From assembly GCF_017348835.2 (NCBI RefSeq), contig NZ_CP071375.1: a DNA stretch of 64,000 bases. The stretch is one strand, 5' to 3'. A program made the position numbers and the translations under genes. Position 1 is the stretch's first letter, and each line of letters starts with the position of its first letter. Below, one piece after another: positions 1 to 17,382 of the stretch. This DNA is from Escherichia coli (lineage in GTDB: Bacteria > Pseudomonadota > Gammaproteobacteria > Enterobacterales > Enterobacteriaceae). The notes below the pieces were generated by a model. The model had not been told where the DNA came from. It searched no databases and saw nothing but the letters and a program-made list of their open reading frames with translations.

Positions 1-5366
<5,366 letters not shown>

Positions 5367-5368
5367 CA

Positions 5369-5710
5369 ATGCGAATATTTGTCTACGGCAGTTTACGCCA
5401 CAAACAAGGCAACAGTCACTGGATGACCAATGCCCAGTTACTGGGCGATTTCAGTATCGATAACTACCAGTTGTATAGCCTGGGCCACTATCCAGGCGCA
5501 GTTCCGGGGAACGGAACAGTACACGGTGAAGTTTATCGTATTGACAACGCCACGCTGGCCGAACTTGATGCCTTGCGCACCAGGGGCGGTGAATACGCGC
5601 GCCAGTTGATTCAGACGCCGTACGGGAGTGCATGGATGTACGTTTATCAACGACCCGTCGATGGATTAAAGCTAATTGAAAGCGGCGACTGGTTAGACAG
5701 GGATAAGTAA
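5369..5710 (+). CDS. ytfP: Gamma-glutamylcyclotransferase-family protein YtfP
   Basis: 113-aa ORF starting MRIFVYGSLR, directly after tamB as in E. coli. Confidence 0.85.
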   Translation: MRIFVYGSLRHKQGNSHWMTNAQLLGDFSIDNYQLYSLGHYPGAVPGNGTVHGEVYRIDNATLAELDALRTRGGEYARQLIQTPYGSAWMYVYQRPVDGLKLIESGDWLDRDK

Positions 5711-5720
5711 TAATAAAAGC

Positions 5721-5747
5721 ACGCCACCTTCGGGTGGCGTTGTTTTA
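5721..5747 (+). terminator. Rho-independent terminator downstream of ytfP
   Basis: Hairpin acgccacc-ttcg-ggtggcgt followed by a T-rich run (tgtttta). Confidence 0.55.
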
Positions 5748-6089
5748 TGCGATGTATCTCGCGATTTTTTTTTGTAACTTTTCCATCTTTTGCTTTTCTC
5801 TCCGAGCCGCTTTCCATATCTGCAATCGCATAAAAAACTCTGCTGGCGTTCACAAATGTGCAGGGGTAAAACGGGGGCACGCTTTGAACGGTGAGTATGA
5901 GTGAGGTCGGCTAACTTCCAGCAAGTGGCTATGAACAGCAAAATGGTGGTCGGGTTTGCTTGTTCTTACCGTTCAAGCCTTGCAACCGCTGAGAATAATG
6001 ATGGTGGAATAGAGAGTTTATTTATCGCGGGCATAAAAAAACCCTTACTAACCGAAGCCCGGCGTTCAGGGTTATTGCGCTAGAAGAAC

Positions 6090-6620
6090 TTATTTATTCT
6101 TTGCGCGCTCGAAGGAAGCAACGATTTCAGCTTTAGCGGCTTCTGCGTTTTCCCAACCTTCAACTTTCACCCACTTGCCTTTTTCGAGGTCTTTGTAGTG
6201 CTCGAAGAAGTGAGCGATCTGCGCTTTCAGCAGCTCTGGCAGATCGTTAACGTCTTTAATGTGATCGTATTCTTTGCTCAGCTTTGTGTGCGGAACAGCA
6301 ATCAGTTTCGCATCTTCACCGGCTTCGTCGGTCATTTTCAGAACGCCAACCGGACGGCAACGGATCACAGAACCCGGCTGCAGCGGGTACGGAGTCGGGA
6401 CCAGTACGTCAACCGGGTCACCGTCCAGAGACAGGGTGTGGTTGATGTAACCGTAGTTGCACGGATAGAACATCGCGGTGGACATGAAGCGGTCAACGAA
6501 CAGTGCGCCGCTCTCTTTGTCGATTTCGTATTTGATCGGATCTGCGTTAGCCGGGATCTCAATAACAACGTAGATGTCTTCCGGCAGATCTTTACCCGCA
6601 GGGACGTTGAGTAAGCTCAT
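6090..6620 (-). CDS. ppa: Inorganic pyrophosphatase
   Basis: 176-aa ORF ([45 protein letters not shown]...) matching E. coli Ppa. Confidence 0.95.
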   Translation of the reverse strand: MSLLNVPAGKDLPEDIYVVIEIPANADPIKYEIDKESGALFVDRFMSTAMFYPCNYGYINHTLSLDGDPVDVLVPTPYPLQPGSVIRCRPVGVLKMTDEAGEDAKLIAVPHTKLSKEYDHIKDVNDLPELLKAQIAHFFEHYKDLEKGKWVKVEGWENAEAAKAEIVASFERAKNK

Positions 6621-6929
6621 GTCTGTTTCCTTTAAAAATATGTGGCAAACAAGTGCCGAGTATTATAGCCAACTCGCGCCGAATGTCTTCGCTTGTTTTC
6701 GTCTTCATTTTCCTTTTTCGCCAATTTTAAGACGGTATACAGAGCAGGAAAATCCATAACCGTAGCCGCATTTTTCATAGTGAGATGAAAGCGATTACAA
6801 ACTTGTGATTAACGTTTTATTTACTTCTTTGAAGTGTGATGTAACGCAATCCGTTACATAACGAATTGTCTATAGTTTTTTCGCGAACATCTTTTCACCA
6901 ATAATAATTACCCCGACGAGGACAACCCT

Positions 6930-7886
6930 ATGTGGAAACGCTTACTTGTAGTCTCTGCAGTCTCGGCAGCCATGTCGTCTATGGCGTTGGCCGCTCCATT
7001 AACCGTAGGATTTTCGCAGGTCGGATCGGAATCTGGCTGGCGCGCCGCAGAAACCAATGTGGCGAAAAGTGAGGCCGAAAAACGCGGAATTACGCTGAAA
7101 ATTGCCGATGGTCAGCAAAAGCAGGAAAACCAGATTAAAGCGGTACGTTCCTTCGTCGCGCAAGGGGTGGATGCGATCTTTATCGCTCCGGTGGTTGCGA
7201 CTGGTTGGGAACCGGTATTAAAAGAGGCGAAAGATGCCGAAATCCCGGTCTTCTTGCTCGATCGTTCTATTGATGTGAAAGACAAATCTCTCTATATGAC
7301 CACCGTCACTGCCGACAACATTCTCGAAGGCAAGTTGATTGGTGACTGGCTGGTAAAAGAAGTGAATGGCAAACCATGCAACGTGGTGGAGCTGCAGGGC
7401 ACTGTTGGGGCCAGCGTCGCCATTGACCGTAAGAAAGGCTTTGCCGAAGCCATTAAGAATGCGCCAAATATCAAAATTATCCGCTCGCAGTCAGGTGACT
7501 TCACCCGCAGTAAAGGCAAAGAAGTCATGGAGAGCTTTATCAAAGCGGAAAACAACGGCAAAAACATCTGCATGGTTTACGCCCATAACGACGACATGGT
7601 GATTGGTGCAATTCAGGCAATTAAAGAAGCGGGCCTGAAACCAGGCAAAGATATTCTGACAGGTTCTATCGACGGCGTACCGGATATCTACAAAGCGATG
7701 ATTGATGGCGAAGCGAACGCCAGTGTTGAACTGACGCCGAATATGGCAGGTCCCGCCTTCGACGCGCTGGAGAAATACAAAAAAGACGGCACCATGCCTG
7801 AAAAGCTGACGCTGACCAAATCCACCCTTTATCTGCCTGATACCGCAAAAGAAGAGTTAGAGAAGAAGAAAAATATGGGGTATTGA
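6930..7886 (+). CDS. ytfQ: Periplasmic sugar-binding protein of the ABC transporter YtfQRT-YjfF (galactofuranose)
   Basis: 318-aa ORF with signal peptide (MWKRLLVVSAVSAAMSSMALA); first gene of the ytfQRT-yjfF cluster. Confidence 0.9.
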   Translation: MWKRLLVVSAVSAAMSSMALAAPLTVGFSQVGSESGWRAAETNVAKSEAEKRGITLKIADGQQKQENQIKAVRSFVAQGVDAIFIAPVVATGWEPVLKEAKDAEIPVFLLDRSIDVKDKSLYMTTVTADNILEGKLIGDWLVKEVNGKPCNVVELQGTVGASVAIDRKKGFAEAIKNAPNIKIIRSQSGDFTRSKGKEVMESFIKAENNGKNICMVYAHNDDMVIGAIQAIKEAGLKPGKDILTGSIDGVPDIYKAMIDGEANASVELTPNMAGPAFDALEKYKKDGTMPEKLTLTKSTLYLPDTAKEELEKKKNMGY

Positions 7887-7895
7887 GGGTTGCTA

Positions 7896-7997
7896 TGCCT
7901 GATGCCGATTCGTAGGCCGGATAAGGCGCTCGCGCCGCATCCGGCGGTGGTGCGCTGAAGCCTGATGCGACGCTTACCGCGTCTTATCATGCCTACT
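7896..7997. repeat. REP (repetitive extragenic palindromic) elements between ytfQ and ytfR
   Basis: Two copies of the REP core (gcctgatgcg...cgtaggccggataaggcg...cgccgcatccggc) in the intergenic region. Confidence 0.6.
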
Positions 7998-8025
7998 GGG
8001 AGCACGCTTTACACCGGGGGAAACC

Positions 8026-9528
8026 ATGACGACTAACCAACACCAGGAGATCCTCCGCACCGAAGGATTAAGTAAATTTTTCCCCGGCGTCAAAGCGTTA
8101 GACAACGTTGATTTCAGCCTGCGCCGCGGCGAAATCATGGCGCTGCTCGGTGAAAACGGGGCAGGAAAATCAACGCTAATCAAAGCATTAACTGGTGTAT
8201 ACCACGCCGATCGCGGCACCATCTGGCTGGAAGGCCAGGCTATCTCACCGAAAAATACCGCCCATGCACAACAACTCGGTATCGGCACCGTCTATCAGGA
8301 AGTAAACCTGCTACCCAATATGTCGGTCGCTGATAATCTATTTATAGGCCGCGAACCCAAACGCTTCGGCCTTCTACGCCGCAAAGAGATGGAAAAGCGC
8401 GCCACCGAACTGATGGCATCTTACGGTTTCTCCCTCGACGTGCGCGAACCGCTCAACCGCTTTTCAGTCGCGATGCAGCAAATCGTCGCTATTTGCCGGG
8501 CTATCGATCTCTCTGCCAAAGTGCTGATCCTCGATGAACCCACCGCCAGTCTCGACACCCAGGAAGTGGAGTTACTGTTTGACCTGATGCGTCAGTTGCG
8601 CGATCGCGGCGTCAGCCTGATTTTTGTCACTCACTTTCTCGATCAGGTCTATCAGGTCAGCGATCGGATCACCGTCTTACGCAACGGCAGTTTCGTAGGC
8701 TGTCGGGAAACGTGCGAGCTACCGCAGATCGAACTGGTAAAAATGATGCTGGGGCGCGAGCTGGATACCCACGCGCTACAGCGTGCCGGGCGAACATTGT
8801 TGAGCGACAAACCCGTTGCCGCGTTCAAAAATTACGGCAAAAAAGGAACGATCGCACCGTTTGATCTCGAAGTACGCCCCGGCGAGATCGTCGGTCTGGC
8901 TGGATTGCTGGGATCAGGACGTACCGAAACCGCCGAAGTGATCTTCGGTATCAAACCTGCTGACAGCGGCACGGCGTTGATCAAAGGCAAACCGCAAAAC
9001 CTGCGATCGCCACATCAGGCTTCGGTACTGGGCATTGGCTTCTGCCCGGAAGACAGGAAAACCGATGGCATCATCGCTGCCGCCTCGGTGCGGGAAAATA
9101 TCATCCTCGCTCTCCAGGCCCAGCGCGGCTGGCTACGTCCCATTTCCCGCAAAGAACAGCAAGAGATTGCCGAACGCTTTATCCGCCAGCTTGGCATTCG
9201 CACACCTTCAACTGAACAACCGATTGAATTTCTCTCTGGCGGCAATCAGCAAAAAGTGTTGCTTTCACGTTGGCTACTGACCCGACCGCAATTTCTGATC
9301 CTTGATGAGCCAACTCGCGGCATTGATGTTGGTGCCCACGCCGAGATCATCCGCCTGATTGAAACGCTATGCGCCGATGGTCTGGCGCTGCTGGTGATCT
9401 CCTCCGAACTGGAAGAACTGGTGGGCTATGCCGACCGGGTGATCATCATGCGCGATCGCAAACAGGTGGCGGAGATCCCGCTGGCAGAGCTTTCCGTTCC
9501 GGCGATCATGAACGCCATTGCGGCGTAA
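8026..9528 (+). CDS. ytfR: ABC transporter ATP-binding protein YtfR (two nucleotide-binding domains)
   Basis: 500-aa ORF with two Walker A motifs (GENGAGKST and GLLGSGRTE) and two LSGG signature motifs. Confidence 0.9.
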   Translation: MTTNQHQEILRTEGLSKFFPGVKALDNVDFSLRRGEIMALLGENGAGKSTLIKALTGVYHADRGTIWLEGQAISPKNTAHAQQLGIGTVYQEVNLLPNMSVADNLFIGREPKRFGLLRRKEMEKRATELMASYGFSLDVREPLNRFSVAMQQIVAICRAIDLSAKVLILDEPTASLDTQEVELLFDLMRQLRDRGVSLIFVTHFLDQVYQVSDRITVLRNGSFVGCRETCELPQIELVKMMLGRELDTHALQRAGRTLLSDKPVAAFKNYGKKGTIAPFDLEVRPGEIVGLAGLLGSGRTETAEVIFGIKPADSGTALIKGKPQNLRSPHQASVLGIGFCPEDRKTDGIIAAASVRENIILALQAQRGWLRPISRKEQQEIAERFIRQLGIRTPSTEQPIEFLSGGNQQKVLLSRWLLTRPQFLILDEPTRGIDVGAHAEIIRLIETLCADGLALLVISSELEELVGYADRVIIMRDRKQVAEIPLAELSVPAIMNAIAA

Positions 9529-9541
9529 GGAGAACAGTGTG

Positions 9542-10564
9542 ATGCCTCAATCTCTCCCGGACACTACGCCGCCGAAAAGGCGCTTTCGCTGGCCAACGGG
9601 AATGCCGCAGCTGGCGGCACTGTTGCTGGTGCTGCTGGTCGATAGCCTGGTGGCCCCGCATTTCTGGCAGGTGGTGCTCCAGGATGGGCGTTTATTCGGT
9701 AGCCCCATAGACATTCTTAACCGTGCGGCCCCCGTTGCGCTGTTGGCTATCGGAATGACGCTGGTGATCGCAACAGGTGGGATTGATCTCTCCGTGGGGG
9801 CGGTGATGGCTATCGCCGGAGCCACAACGGCTGCGATGACGGTCGCGGGATTCAGCCTGCCGATTGTTTTGTTAAGCGCCCTGGGCACTGGCATCCTGGC
9901 GGGATTGTGGAACGGCATACTGGTAGCGATCCTCAAAATTCAGCCGTTTGTTGCCACCCTGATCCTGATGGTCGCCGGGCGCGGCGTGGCGCAACTGATC
10001 ACCTCCGGACAGATCGTCACGTTTAACTCGCCGGATCTCTCATGGTTTGGCAGTGGATCGCTGTTGTTCCTGCCAACGCCGGTCATTATCGCGGTGCTGA
10101 CGCTTATCCTGTTCTGGCTGTTGACCCGCAAAACGGCGCTGGGGATGTTTATCGAAGCCGTTGGTATCAACATTCGGGCGGCAAAAAATGCCGGGGTAAA
10201 CACGCGGATCATCGTCATGCTTACCTACGTGTTGAGCGGGCTGTGTGCGGCGATTGCGGGCATTATCGTGGCGGCGGATATTCGCGGTGCCGATGCCAAT
10301 AACGCCGGGTTATGGCTGGAGCTGGACGCCATTCTCGCGGTGGTTATTGGCGGCGGATCGCTGATGGGCGGACGTTTTAACCTACTGCTTTCGGTGGTGG
10401 GGGCGCTGATTATTCAGGGGATGAACACCGGAATTTTGCTTTCGGGCTTTCCGCCAGAGATGAACCAGGTTGTAAAAGCGGTGGTGGTTCTTTGCGTGCT
10501 GATTGTCCAGTCGCAACGCTTTATCAGTCTGATTAAAGGAGTACGTAGCCGTGATAAAACGTAA
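9542..10564 (+). CDS. ytfT: ABC transporter permease YtfT
   Basis: Hydrophobic ORF; ATG at 9542 preferred over the track start 9518 because of the AAGGAGA Shine-Dalgarno at 9527-9533. Confidence 0.8.
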   Translation: MPQSLPDTTPPKRRFRWPTGMPQLAALLLVLLVDSLVAPHFWQVVLQDGRLFGSPIDILNRAAPVALLAIGMTLVIATGGIDLSVGAVMAIAGATTAAMTVAGFSLPIVLLSALGTGILAGLWNGILVAILKIQPFVATLILMVAGRGVAQLITSGQIVTFNSPDLSWFGSGSLLFLPTPVIIAVLTLILFWLLTRKTALGMFIEAVGINIRAAKNAGVNTRIIVMLTYVLSGLCAAIAGIIVAADIRGADANNAGLWLELDAILAVVIGGGSLMGGRFNLLLSVVGALIIQGMNTGILLSGFPPEMNQVVKAVVVLCVLIVQSQRFISLIKGVRSRDKT

Positions 10565-11546
10565 TTTGCCACTGATGATCACCATCGGCGTCTTTGTGTT
10601 GGGTTATCTTTACTGCCTGACCCAGTTTCCCGGTTTTGCTTCCACAAGAGTGATCTGCAATATCCTGACCGATAACGCCTTTCTTGGGATCATTGCCGTT
10701 GGCATGACCTTTGTGATCCTCTCCGGTGGGATCGATCTCTCCGTCGGTTCGGTGATCGCCTTTACTGGCGTGTTTCTGGCAAAAGTGATTGGCGATTTCG
10801 GCCTCTCGCCGCTACTGGCGTTTCCGCTAGTGCTGGTGATGGGCTGTGCCTTCGGCGCATTTATGGGGCTTTTGATCGACGCCCTGAAGATCCCGGCATT
10901 TATCATTACCCTGGCGGGGATGTTCTTTTTGCGCGGTGTCAGCTATCTCGTTTCGGAAGAGTCGATTCCGATAAACCATCCCATTTATGACACGCTCTCA
11001 AGCCTTGCGTGGAAAATCCCTGGCGGCGGTCGCTTAAGTGCGATGGGACTGCTGATGTTGGCGGTGGTGGTTATCGGTATTTTCCTCGCGCATCGTACCC
11101 GTTTTGGTAATCAGGTATACGCCATTGGCGGCAACGCAACGTCGGCGAACCTGATGGGGATTTCCACTCGCAGCACCACTATTCGCATTTATATGCTTTC
11201 CACCGGACTGGCAACGCTGGCGGGGATTGTCTTCTCGATTTATACCCAGGCCGGATATGCGCTGGCGGGCGTAGGTGTGGAACTGGATGCTATCGCCTCA
11301 GTGGTAATTGGCGGTACGCTTCTGAGCGGTGGCGTTGGAACGGTATTAGGGACGCTTTTTGGCGTGGCGATTCAGGGACTGATTCAGACTTACATAAACT
11401 TTGATGGCACGCTGAGCTCATGGTGGACGAAAATCGCCATCGGTATTTTGTTGTTTATTTTTATAGCATTACAGCGTGGATTAACGGTGCTGTGGGAGAA
11501 TCGTCAGAGTTCGCCAGTGACAAGAGTCAACATTGCGCAGCGATAA
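10551..11546 (+). CDS. yjfF: ABC transporter permease YjfF
   Basis: 331-aa hydrophobic ORF with GTG start, overlapping the ytfT stop. Confidence 0.85.
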   Translation: MIKRNLPLMITIGVFVLGYLYCLTQFPGFASTRVICNILTDNAFLGIIAVGMTFVILSGGIDLSVGSVIAFTGVFLAKVIGDFGLSPLLAFPLVLVMGCAFGAFMGLLIDALKIPAFIITLAGMFFLRGVSYLVSEESIPINHPIYDTLSSLAWKIPGGGRLSAMGLLMLAVVVIGIFLAHRTRFGNQVYAIGGNATSANLMGISTRSTTIRIYMLSTGLATLAGIVFSIYTQAGYALAGVGVELDAIASVVIGGTLLSGGVGTVLGTLFGVAIQGLIQTYINFDGTLSSWWTKIAIGILLFIFIALQRGLTVLWENRQSSPVTRVNIAQR

Positions 11547-11578
11547 AAACGCCTCTCCGTGTGGAGAGGCGCAGGAGA

Positions 11579-12577
11579 TTACGCGTCCGGGAACTCACGG
11601 ATAAAGCGTTCGACATCTTCAACCATATGGTCGTTGCCGACAAAGAACGAACGGCGCTGGTGCAGAGTTTCCGGGATGATATCCAGAATACGCTCTTTGC
11701 CATCGCTCGCTTTACCGCCCGCTTGTTCCGCCAGGAATGCCATCGGGTTGCACTCATAAAGCAAACGCAGTTTGCCGTCCGGGTGGCTGGCGGTGCTTGG
11801 GTAGAGATAAATACCGCCTTTCAGCAGGTTACGGTGGAAATCCGCGACCAGTGAACCGATATAACGTGAGGTATACGGGCGGTTGGTGGATTTATCTTCT
11901 TCCTGGCAGAATTTAATGTACTTCTTCACCCCGTTCGGAAACTTAATGTAGTTTCCTTCGTTGATGGAGTAGGTTTTGCCTTTCTCCGGGAAGCGCATCC
12001 GTTCCTGGCACAGGCAGAAAACGCCGAGCGAAGGATCGTAAGTAAAGGCGTGAACACCGCATCCGGTGGTGTAAACCAGCATGGTAGAGGAGCCGTATAC
12101 CACGTAACCTGCCGCAACCTGTTTGTTACCAGGCTGGAGGAAATCTTCTTCCGTTACCGGCGTGCCGACGGGCGTAACGCGGCGGTAGATGGAGAAAATG
12201 GTACCGACAGAGACGTTAACATCGATGTTGGACGAGCCATCCAGTGGGTCCATCAGCACCACGTATTTTGCATGTTCACAGCCTTCAAAGACGACAATCT
12301 CATCTTCTTCTTCAGAGGCAATGCCCGCAACGATATCGCGTGCTTTCAGTGCGGCTTTCAGTTTTTCATTAGCGAACAAGTCGAGTTTTTGCTGAACCTC
12401 GCCCTGCACGTTCTCAGCACCGCTGGCACCCAGGATATCAACCAGTCCTGCTTTGTTGATATCGCGATGGATAATCTTGGCGCCCAGTTTTATTGCCGAC
12501 AGCAAAGCAGTGAGCTCACCGGTAGCATGAGAAAACTCGTGCTGCTTTTCGACAATAAATTCACCTAACGTTTTCAT
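11579..12577 (-). CDS. fbp: Fructose-1,6-bisphosphatase class I
   Basis: Translation from the internal Met ([15 protein letters not shown]...) matches E. coli Fbp at 332 aa; the 393-aa track ORF carries a spurious N-terminal extension. Confidence 0.9.
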
Positions 12578-12752
12578 AAAACTTTCCCTGCAATGTTTAT
12601 GGAGTAAAGCGACCGTAACAATCTTAACAAATAATCGGAATGTTGCGCTCAGGTGAATCGCGCCAGCGAATTGCGGATTATCCTGAAATGCGTTTCTCAC
12701 TTGCCCGACATATGCGTAAAATGAGCGGCAGATTAAAAAAGGATAGTGACGT

Positions 12753-14126
12753 ATGCGCATTCATATTTTAGGAATTTGTGGCACGTTTATGGGCGGTCTG
12801 GCGATGCTGGCGCGCCAGTTAGGCCATGAAGTAACGGGTTCGGACGCCAATGTGTATCCGCCGATGAGCACCTTACTTGAGAAGCAAGGCATTGAACTGA
12901 TTCAGGGTTACGATGCCAGCCAGCTCGATCCGCAGCCGGATCTGGTGATTATTGGCAACGCCATGACCCGTGGAAATCCGTGTGTGGAAGCGGTACTGGA
13001 AAAAAACATCCCTTATATGTCAGGTCCACAGTGGCTGCACGATTTTGTGCTGCGCGACCGCTGGGTGCTGGCCGTTGCCGGTACACATGGCAAAACCACC
13101 ACCGCGGGAATGGCGACCTGGATTCTGGAACAGTGCGGTTACAAACCGGGATTTGTGATCGGCGGTGTGCCGGGGAACTTTGAGGTTTCGGCGCGTCTGG
13201 GCGAAAGCAACTTCTTTGTTATCGAAGCGGATGAGTATGACTGCGCCTTCTTCGACAAACGCTCTAAATTTGTTCATTACTGCCCGCGTACGCTGATCCT
13301 CAACAACCTTGAGTTCGATCACGCCGATATCTTTGACGACCTGAAAGCGATCCAGAAACAGTTCCACCATCTGGTGCGTATCGTTCCGGGGCAGGGCCGT
13401 ATTATCTGGCCAGAAAACGACATCAACCTGAAACAGACCATGGCGATGGGCTGCTGGAGCGAGCAGGAGCTGGTGGGCGAGCAAGGTCACTGGCAGGCGA
13501 AAAAGCTGACCACCGATGCTTCCGAATGGGAAGTCTTGCTGGATGGCGAAAAAGTGGGCGAAGTGAAATGGTCGCTGGTAGGCGAACATAATATGCACAA
13601 TGGCCTGATGGCGATTGCGGCGGCTCGCCATGTTGGTGTAGCGCCGGCAGATGCCGCTAACGCGCTGGGTTCGTTTATTAACGCTCGCCGCCGTCTGGAG
13701 TTGCGTGGTGAAGCGAATGGCGTAACGGTATATGACGATTTTGCCCATCACCCGACGGCGATTCTGGCAACGCTTGCGGCGCTGCGTGGCAAAGTTGGCG
13801 GTACGGCGCGCATTATTGCTGTGCTGGAACCGCGCTCGAATACCATGAAAATGGGGATCTGCAAAGACGATCTGGCACCTTCATTAGGTCGTGCCGATGA
13901 AGTCTTCCTGCTGCAACCAGCGCATATTCCGTGGCAGGTGGCAGAAGTGGCAGAAGCCTGCGTTCAGCCTGCACACTGGAGTGGCGATGTGGATACGCTG
14001 GCAGATATGGTGGTGAAAACCGCTCAGCCTGGCGACCATATTCTGGTGATGAGCAACGGCGGTTTTGGTGGGATCCATCAGAAACTGCTGGATGGTCTGG
14101 CGAAGAAGGCGGAAGCTGCGCAGTAA
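12753..14126 (+). CDS. mpl: UDP-N-acetylmuramate:L-alanyl-gamma-D-glutamyl-meso-diaminopimelate ligase (murein peptide ligase)
   Basis: 457-aa ORF ([20 protein letters not shown]...) with Mur-ligase GTHGKTTT motif; divergent from fbp. Confidence 0.9.
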
Positions 14127-14149
14127 TTCGGCCTCAGCCTGATATAGTG

Positions 14150-14255
14150 TGCGTAGGCCGGATAAGGCGTTCACGCCGCATCCGGCATTTGAGCATAGTG
14201 CCTGATGCGACGCTTGATGCGTCTTATCAGGCCTACAGGTGCACCGCATCCGGCA
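14150..14255. repeat. REP elements downstream of mpl
   Basis: gtaggccggataaggcg...cgccgcatccggc and gcctgatgcgacgc...gtcttatcaggcctac REP cores. Confidence 0.55.
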
Positions 14256-14281
14256 AACCATACTCACATCAACAACGAAAA

Positions 14282-14827
14282 TTACCCTTCATTCTCCGCC
14301 AGTTCGCGCAGATACTGGAAAATCTGGCGTGCGGATTTCGGCGGCTTATTCCCTTCTTTCTCTTTCTTCGCGTTACGGATCAGAGTACGCAGTTGCTGAC
14401 GATCGGCATCGGGCCACAGATTCAATACTTCAGCGATGGCGTCATCACCTTGATCGATCAGACGATCGCGCAGGTTTTCCAGTTTATGGAACAGCACCAC
14501 CTGCTGGTTGTGACGGTTTTTCAGCTTATCCAGCGCCTGACGAATAGGCTCTACGTCGCGCTGGCGCAGCATCTTACCGATGAGCTGCAACTGGCGGCGG
14601 CGACCTTCCATCTTAATACGCTGGGCGAGCTCAATAGCCGCGCGCAGATCCGCATCTAACGGGATCTTATCCAGCGCGTTTTTCCCCAGATCAACAATTT
14701 CCGCGCCAAGGCGTTTTAGCTCCTCGGCATCACGTTTAATTTCACTTTTACTGACCCAGATAATTTCATCGTCTTCGATGTCATCACCGGGAACGTCGTC
14801 GAGCCAGTCTTCGGGCTGCTTAGTCAT
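14282..14827 (-). CDS. yjgA: Ribosome-associated protein YjgA (DUF615)
   Basis: 181-aa ORF ([41 protein letters not shown]...) in the K-12 position. Confidence 0.85.
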   Translation of the reverse strand: MTKQPEDWLDDVPGDDIEDDEIIWVSKSEIKRDAEELKRLGAEIVDLGKNALDKIPLDADLRAAIELAQRIKMEGRRRQLQLIGKMLRQRDVEPIRQALDKLKNRHNQQVVLFHKLENLRDRLIDQGDDAIAEVLNLWPDADRQQLRTLIRNAKKEKEGNKPPKSARQIFQYLRELAENEG

Positions 14828-14920
14828 CTCAGGCTCCTTAAAAAAAGAGGCTAATGTTACCAGTTAAGATGCGCACTGAAAAACGGTTCTCTGTTAGACT
14901 TCAGAGAAACTCTCTACATT

Positions 14921-16273
14921 ATGGCACTTGCAATGAAAGTAATCTCTCAAGTTGAAGCGCAGCGCAAGATTCTGGAAGAAGCAGTTTCCACTGCGCTGGA
15001 GTTGGCCTCAGGCAAATCGGACGGTGCGGAAGTTGCCGTCAGCAAGACCACCGGCATTAGCGTAAGCACGCGTTATGGTGAAGTGGAGAATGTTGAATTC
15101 AATAGCGATGGCGCGCTGGGGATCACTGTTTATCACCAGAACCGCAAAGGTAGCGCATCATCCACCGATTTAAGCCCGCAGGCCATTGCCCGCACCGTAC
15201 AGGCGGCTCTGGATATTGCCCGTTATACCTCGCCAGATCCCTGTGCCGGCGTGGCAGACAAAGAGCTGCTGGCCTTTGAGGCACCGGATCTCGATTTGTT
15301 CCACCCTGCGGAAGTTTCCCCGGATGAAGCCATTGAACTGGCGGCCCGCGCAGAACAGGCAGCATTACAGGCGGACAAACGTATCACCAATACCGAAGGT
15401 GGCAGCTTTAACAGCCACTACGGTGTCAAAGTTTTTGGCAACAGCCACGGCATGTTGCAGGGTTACTGCTCTACGCGTCATTCGCTCTCCAGCTGTGTAA
15501 TTGCCGAAGAAAATGGCGATATGGAGCGTGATTACGCCTACACCATTGGTCGTGCGATGAGCGATCTGCAAACGCCAGAGTGGGTTGGGGCCGACTGTGC
15601 TCGCCGTACTTTATCGCGCCTGTCACCGCGTAAACTCTCCACCATGAAAGCGCCGATCATTTTTGCCAATGAAGTGGCAACCGGGCTTTTTGGGCATCTG
15701 GTGGGGGCGATAGCGGGTGGAGCGGTTTACCGTAAATCTACCTTCCTGCTGGATTCGCTGGGTAAACAAATTCTGCCGGACTGGCTGACCATTGAAGAGC
15801 ATCCGCATCTGCTGAAAGGGCTGGCATCGACGCCATTTGACAGCGAAGGTGTGCGCACCGAGCGTCGCGATATTATTAAAGATGGCATCCTGACTCAGTG
15901 GCTGCTGACCAGCTATTCGGCGCGAAAACTGGGGCTGAAAAGCACCGGACATGCGGGCGGTATTCACAACTGGCGGATTGCCGGACAAGGGCTAAGCTTC
16001 GAACAAATGCTCAAAGAGATGGGCACCGGGCTGGTGGTGACGGAGCTGATGGGCCAGGGCGTGAGTGCAATTACCGGTGATTATTCCCGTGGTGCGGCGG
16101 GCTTCTGGGTAGAAAACGGCGAAATTCAGTATCCGGTTAGCGAAATCACCATCGCAGGTAATTTAAAAGATATGTGGCGCAATATTGTCACCGTCGGTAA
16201 CGATATTGAAACACGCAGTAATATACAGTGTGGTTCTGTGCTGTTGCCGGAGATGAAAATCGCCGGGCAGTAA
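14921..16273 (+). CDS. pmbA: Metalloprotease PmbA (TldE)
   Basis: 450-aa ORF of the size and position of E. coli PmbA. Confidence 0.9.
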   Translation: MALAMKVISQVEAQRKILEEAVSTALELASGKSDGAEVAVSKTTGISVSTRYGEVENVEFNSDGALGITVYHQNRKGSASSTDLSPQAIARTVQAALDIARYTSPDPCAGVADKELLAFEAPDLDLFHPAEVSPDEAIELAARAEQAALQADKRITNTEGGSFNSHYGVKVFGNSHGMLQGYCSTRHSLSSCVIAEENGDMERDYAYTIGRAMSDLQTPEWVGADCARRTLSRLSPRKLSTMKAPIIFANEVATGLFGHLVGAIAGGAVYRKSTFLLDSLGKQILPDWLTIEEHPHLLKGLASTPFDSEGVRTERRDIIKDGILTQWLLTSYSARKLGLKSTGHAGGIHNWRIAGQGLSFEQMLKEMGTGLVVTELMGQGVSAITGDYSRGAAGFWVENGEIQYPVSEITIAGNLKDMWRNIVTVGNDIETRSNIQCGSVLLPEMKIAGQ

Positions 16274-16324
16274 AAAACTGGCGCGACCTGCCGCGCCAAA
16301 TCTTCATAATAAAAAAGGAAGTGA

Positions 16325-16714
<390 letters not shown>

Positions 16715-16758
16715 TTCCTCATTTCCCTGTTGCCTGCACTCAGGTAACAGGGAACTTA

Positions 16759-17223
16759 TCATCGCAAATGATGCACCACCTGATTGCTGCTGCCGCGCCA
16801 GATCAGGGAAGGGTCTTTTAAATCCTGCACAAATTTGCCGTCGACCAGTACGTTAATCAAATCAACAACCTGCATTTGCGCAGCGTTGAGATCGTCGAGT
16901 TTATAGCCTGTCCACACCCAGATGTCTTTATCCGGACACTCGGCGCGGATGCGTTTTACCAGTTTCAGAATATCCGGCACGTTTTGCGGATGCAGCGGAT
17001 CGCCGCCGGAGAGGGAAATCCCCTGGCGTTTGATACGAGTGTCATTCAGATCGTTAATGATCTGGTCTTCCATTGCTTTGGTAAATGGCTGACCAGAATT
17101 TACCCGCCATGTGCTTTTGTTATAGCAACCGGGGCATTCATGAACACACCCGGAGACAAACAGGGTGCAGCGAGTGCCGGGGCCGTTGACGATGTCGACA
17201 GGATAGTACTGATGATAATTCAT
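16759..17223 (-). CDS. nrdG: Anaerobic ribonucleotide reductase activating protein
   Basis: 154-aa ORF with radical-SAM cysteine motif (CxxxCxxC region: VSGCVHECPGCYNKST). Confidence 0.9.
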   Translation of the reverse strand: MNYHQYYPVDIVNGPGTRCTLFVSGCVHECPGCYNKSTWRVNSGQPFTKAMEDQIINDLNDTRIKRQGISLSGGDPLHPQNVPDILKLVKRIRAECPDKDIWVWTGYKLDDLNAAQMQVVDLINVLVDGKFVQDLKDPSLIWRGSSNQVVHHLR

Positions 17224-17239
17224 TATTTCGCCTGGCTTA

Positions 17240-17362
<123 letters not shown>

Positions 17363-17382
17363 TGCTTAGCGCAGAGTGAAGA

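Noticed and set aside
5901-6083. 60-codon ORF between ytfP and ppa as a possible chpS-like antitoxin
   Set aside because: The sequence (MRSANFQQVAMNSKMVVGFACSYRSSLATAENNDGG…) has no resemblance to the AbrB-fold ChpS or to ChpB, and it overlaps the ppa terminator hairpin.
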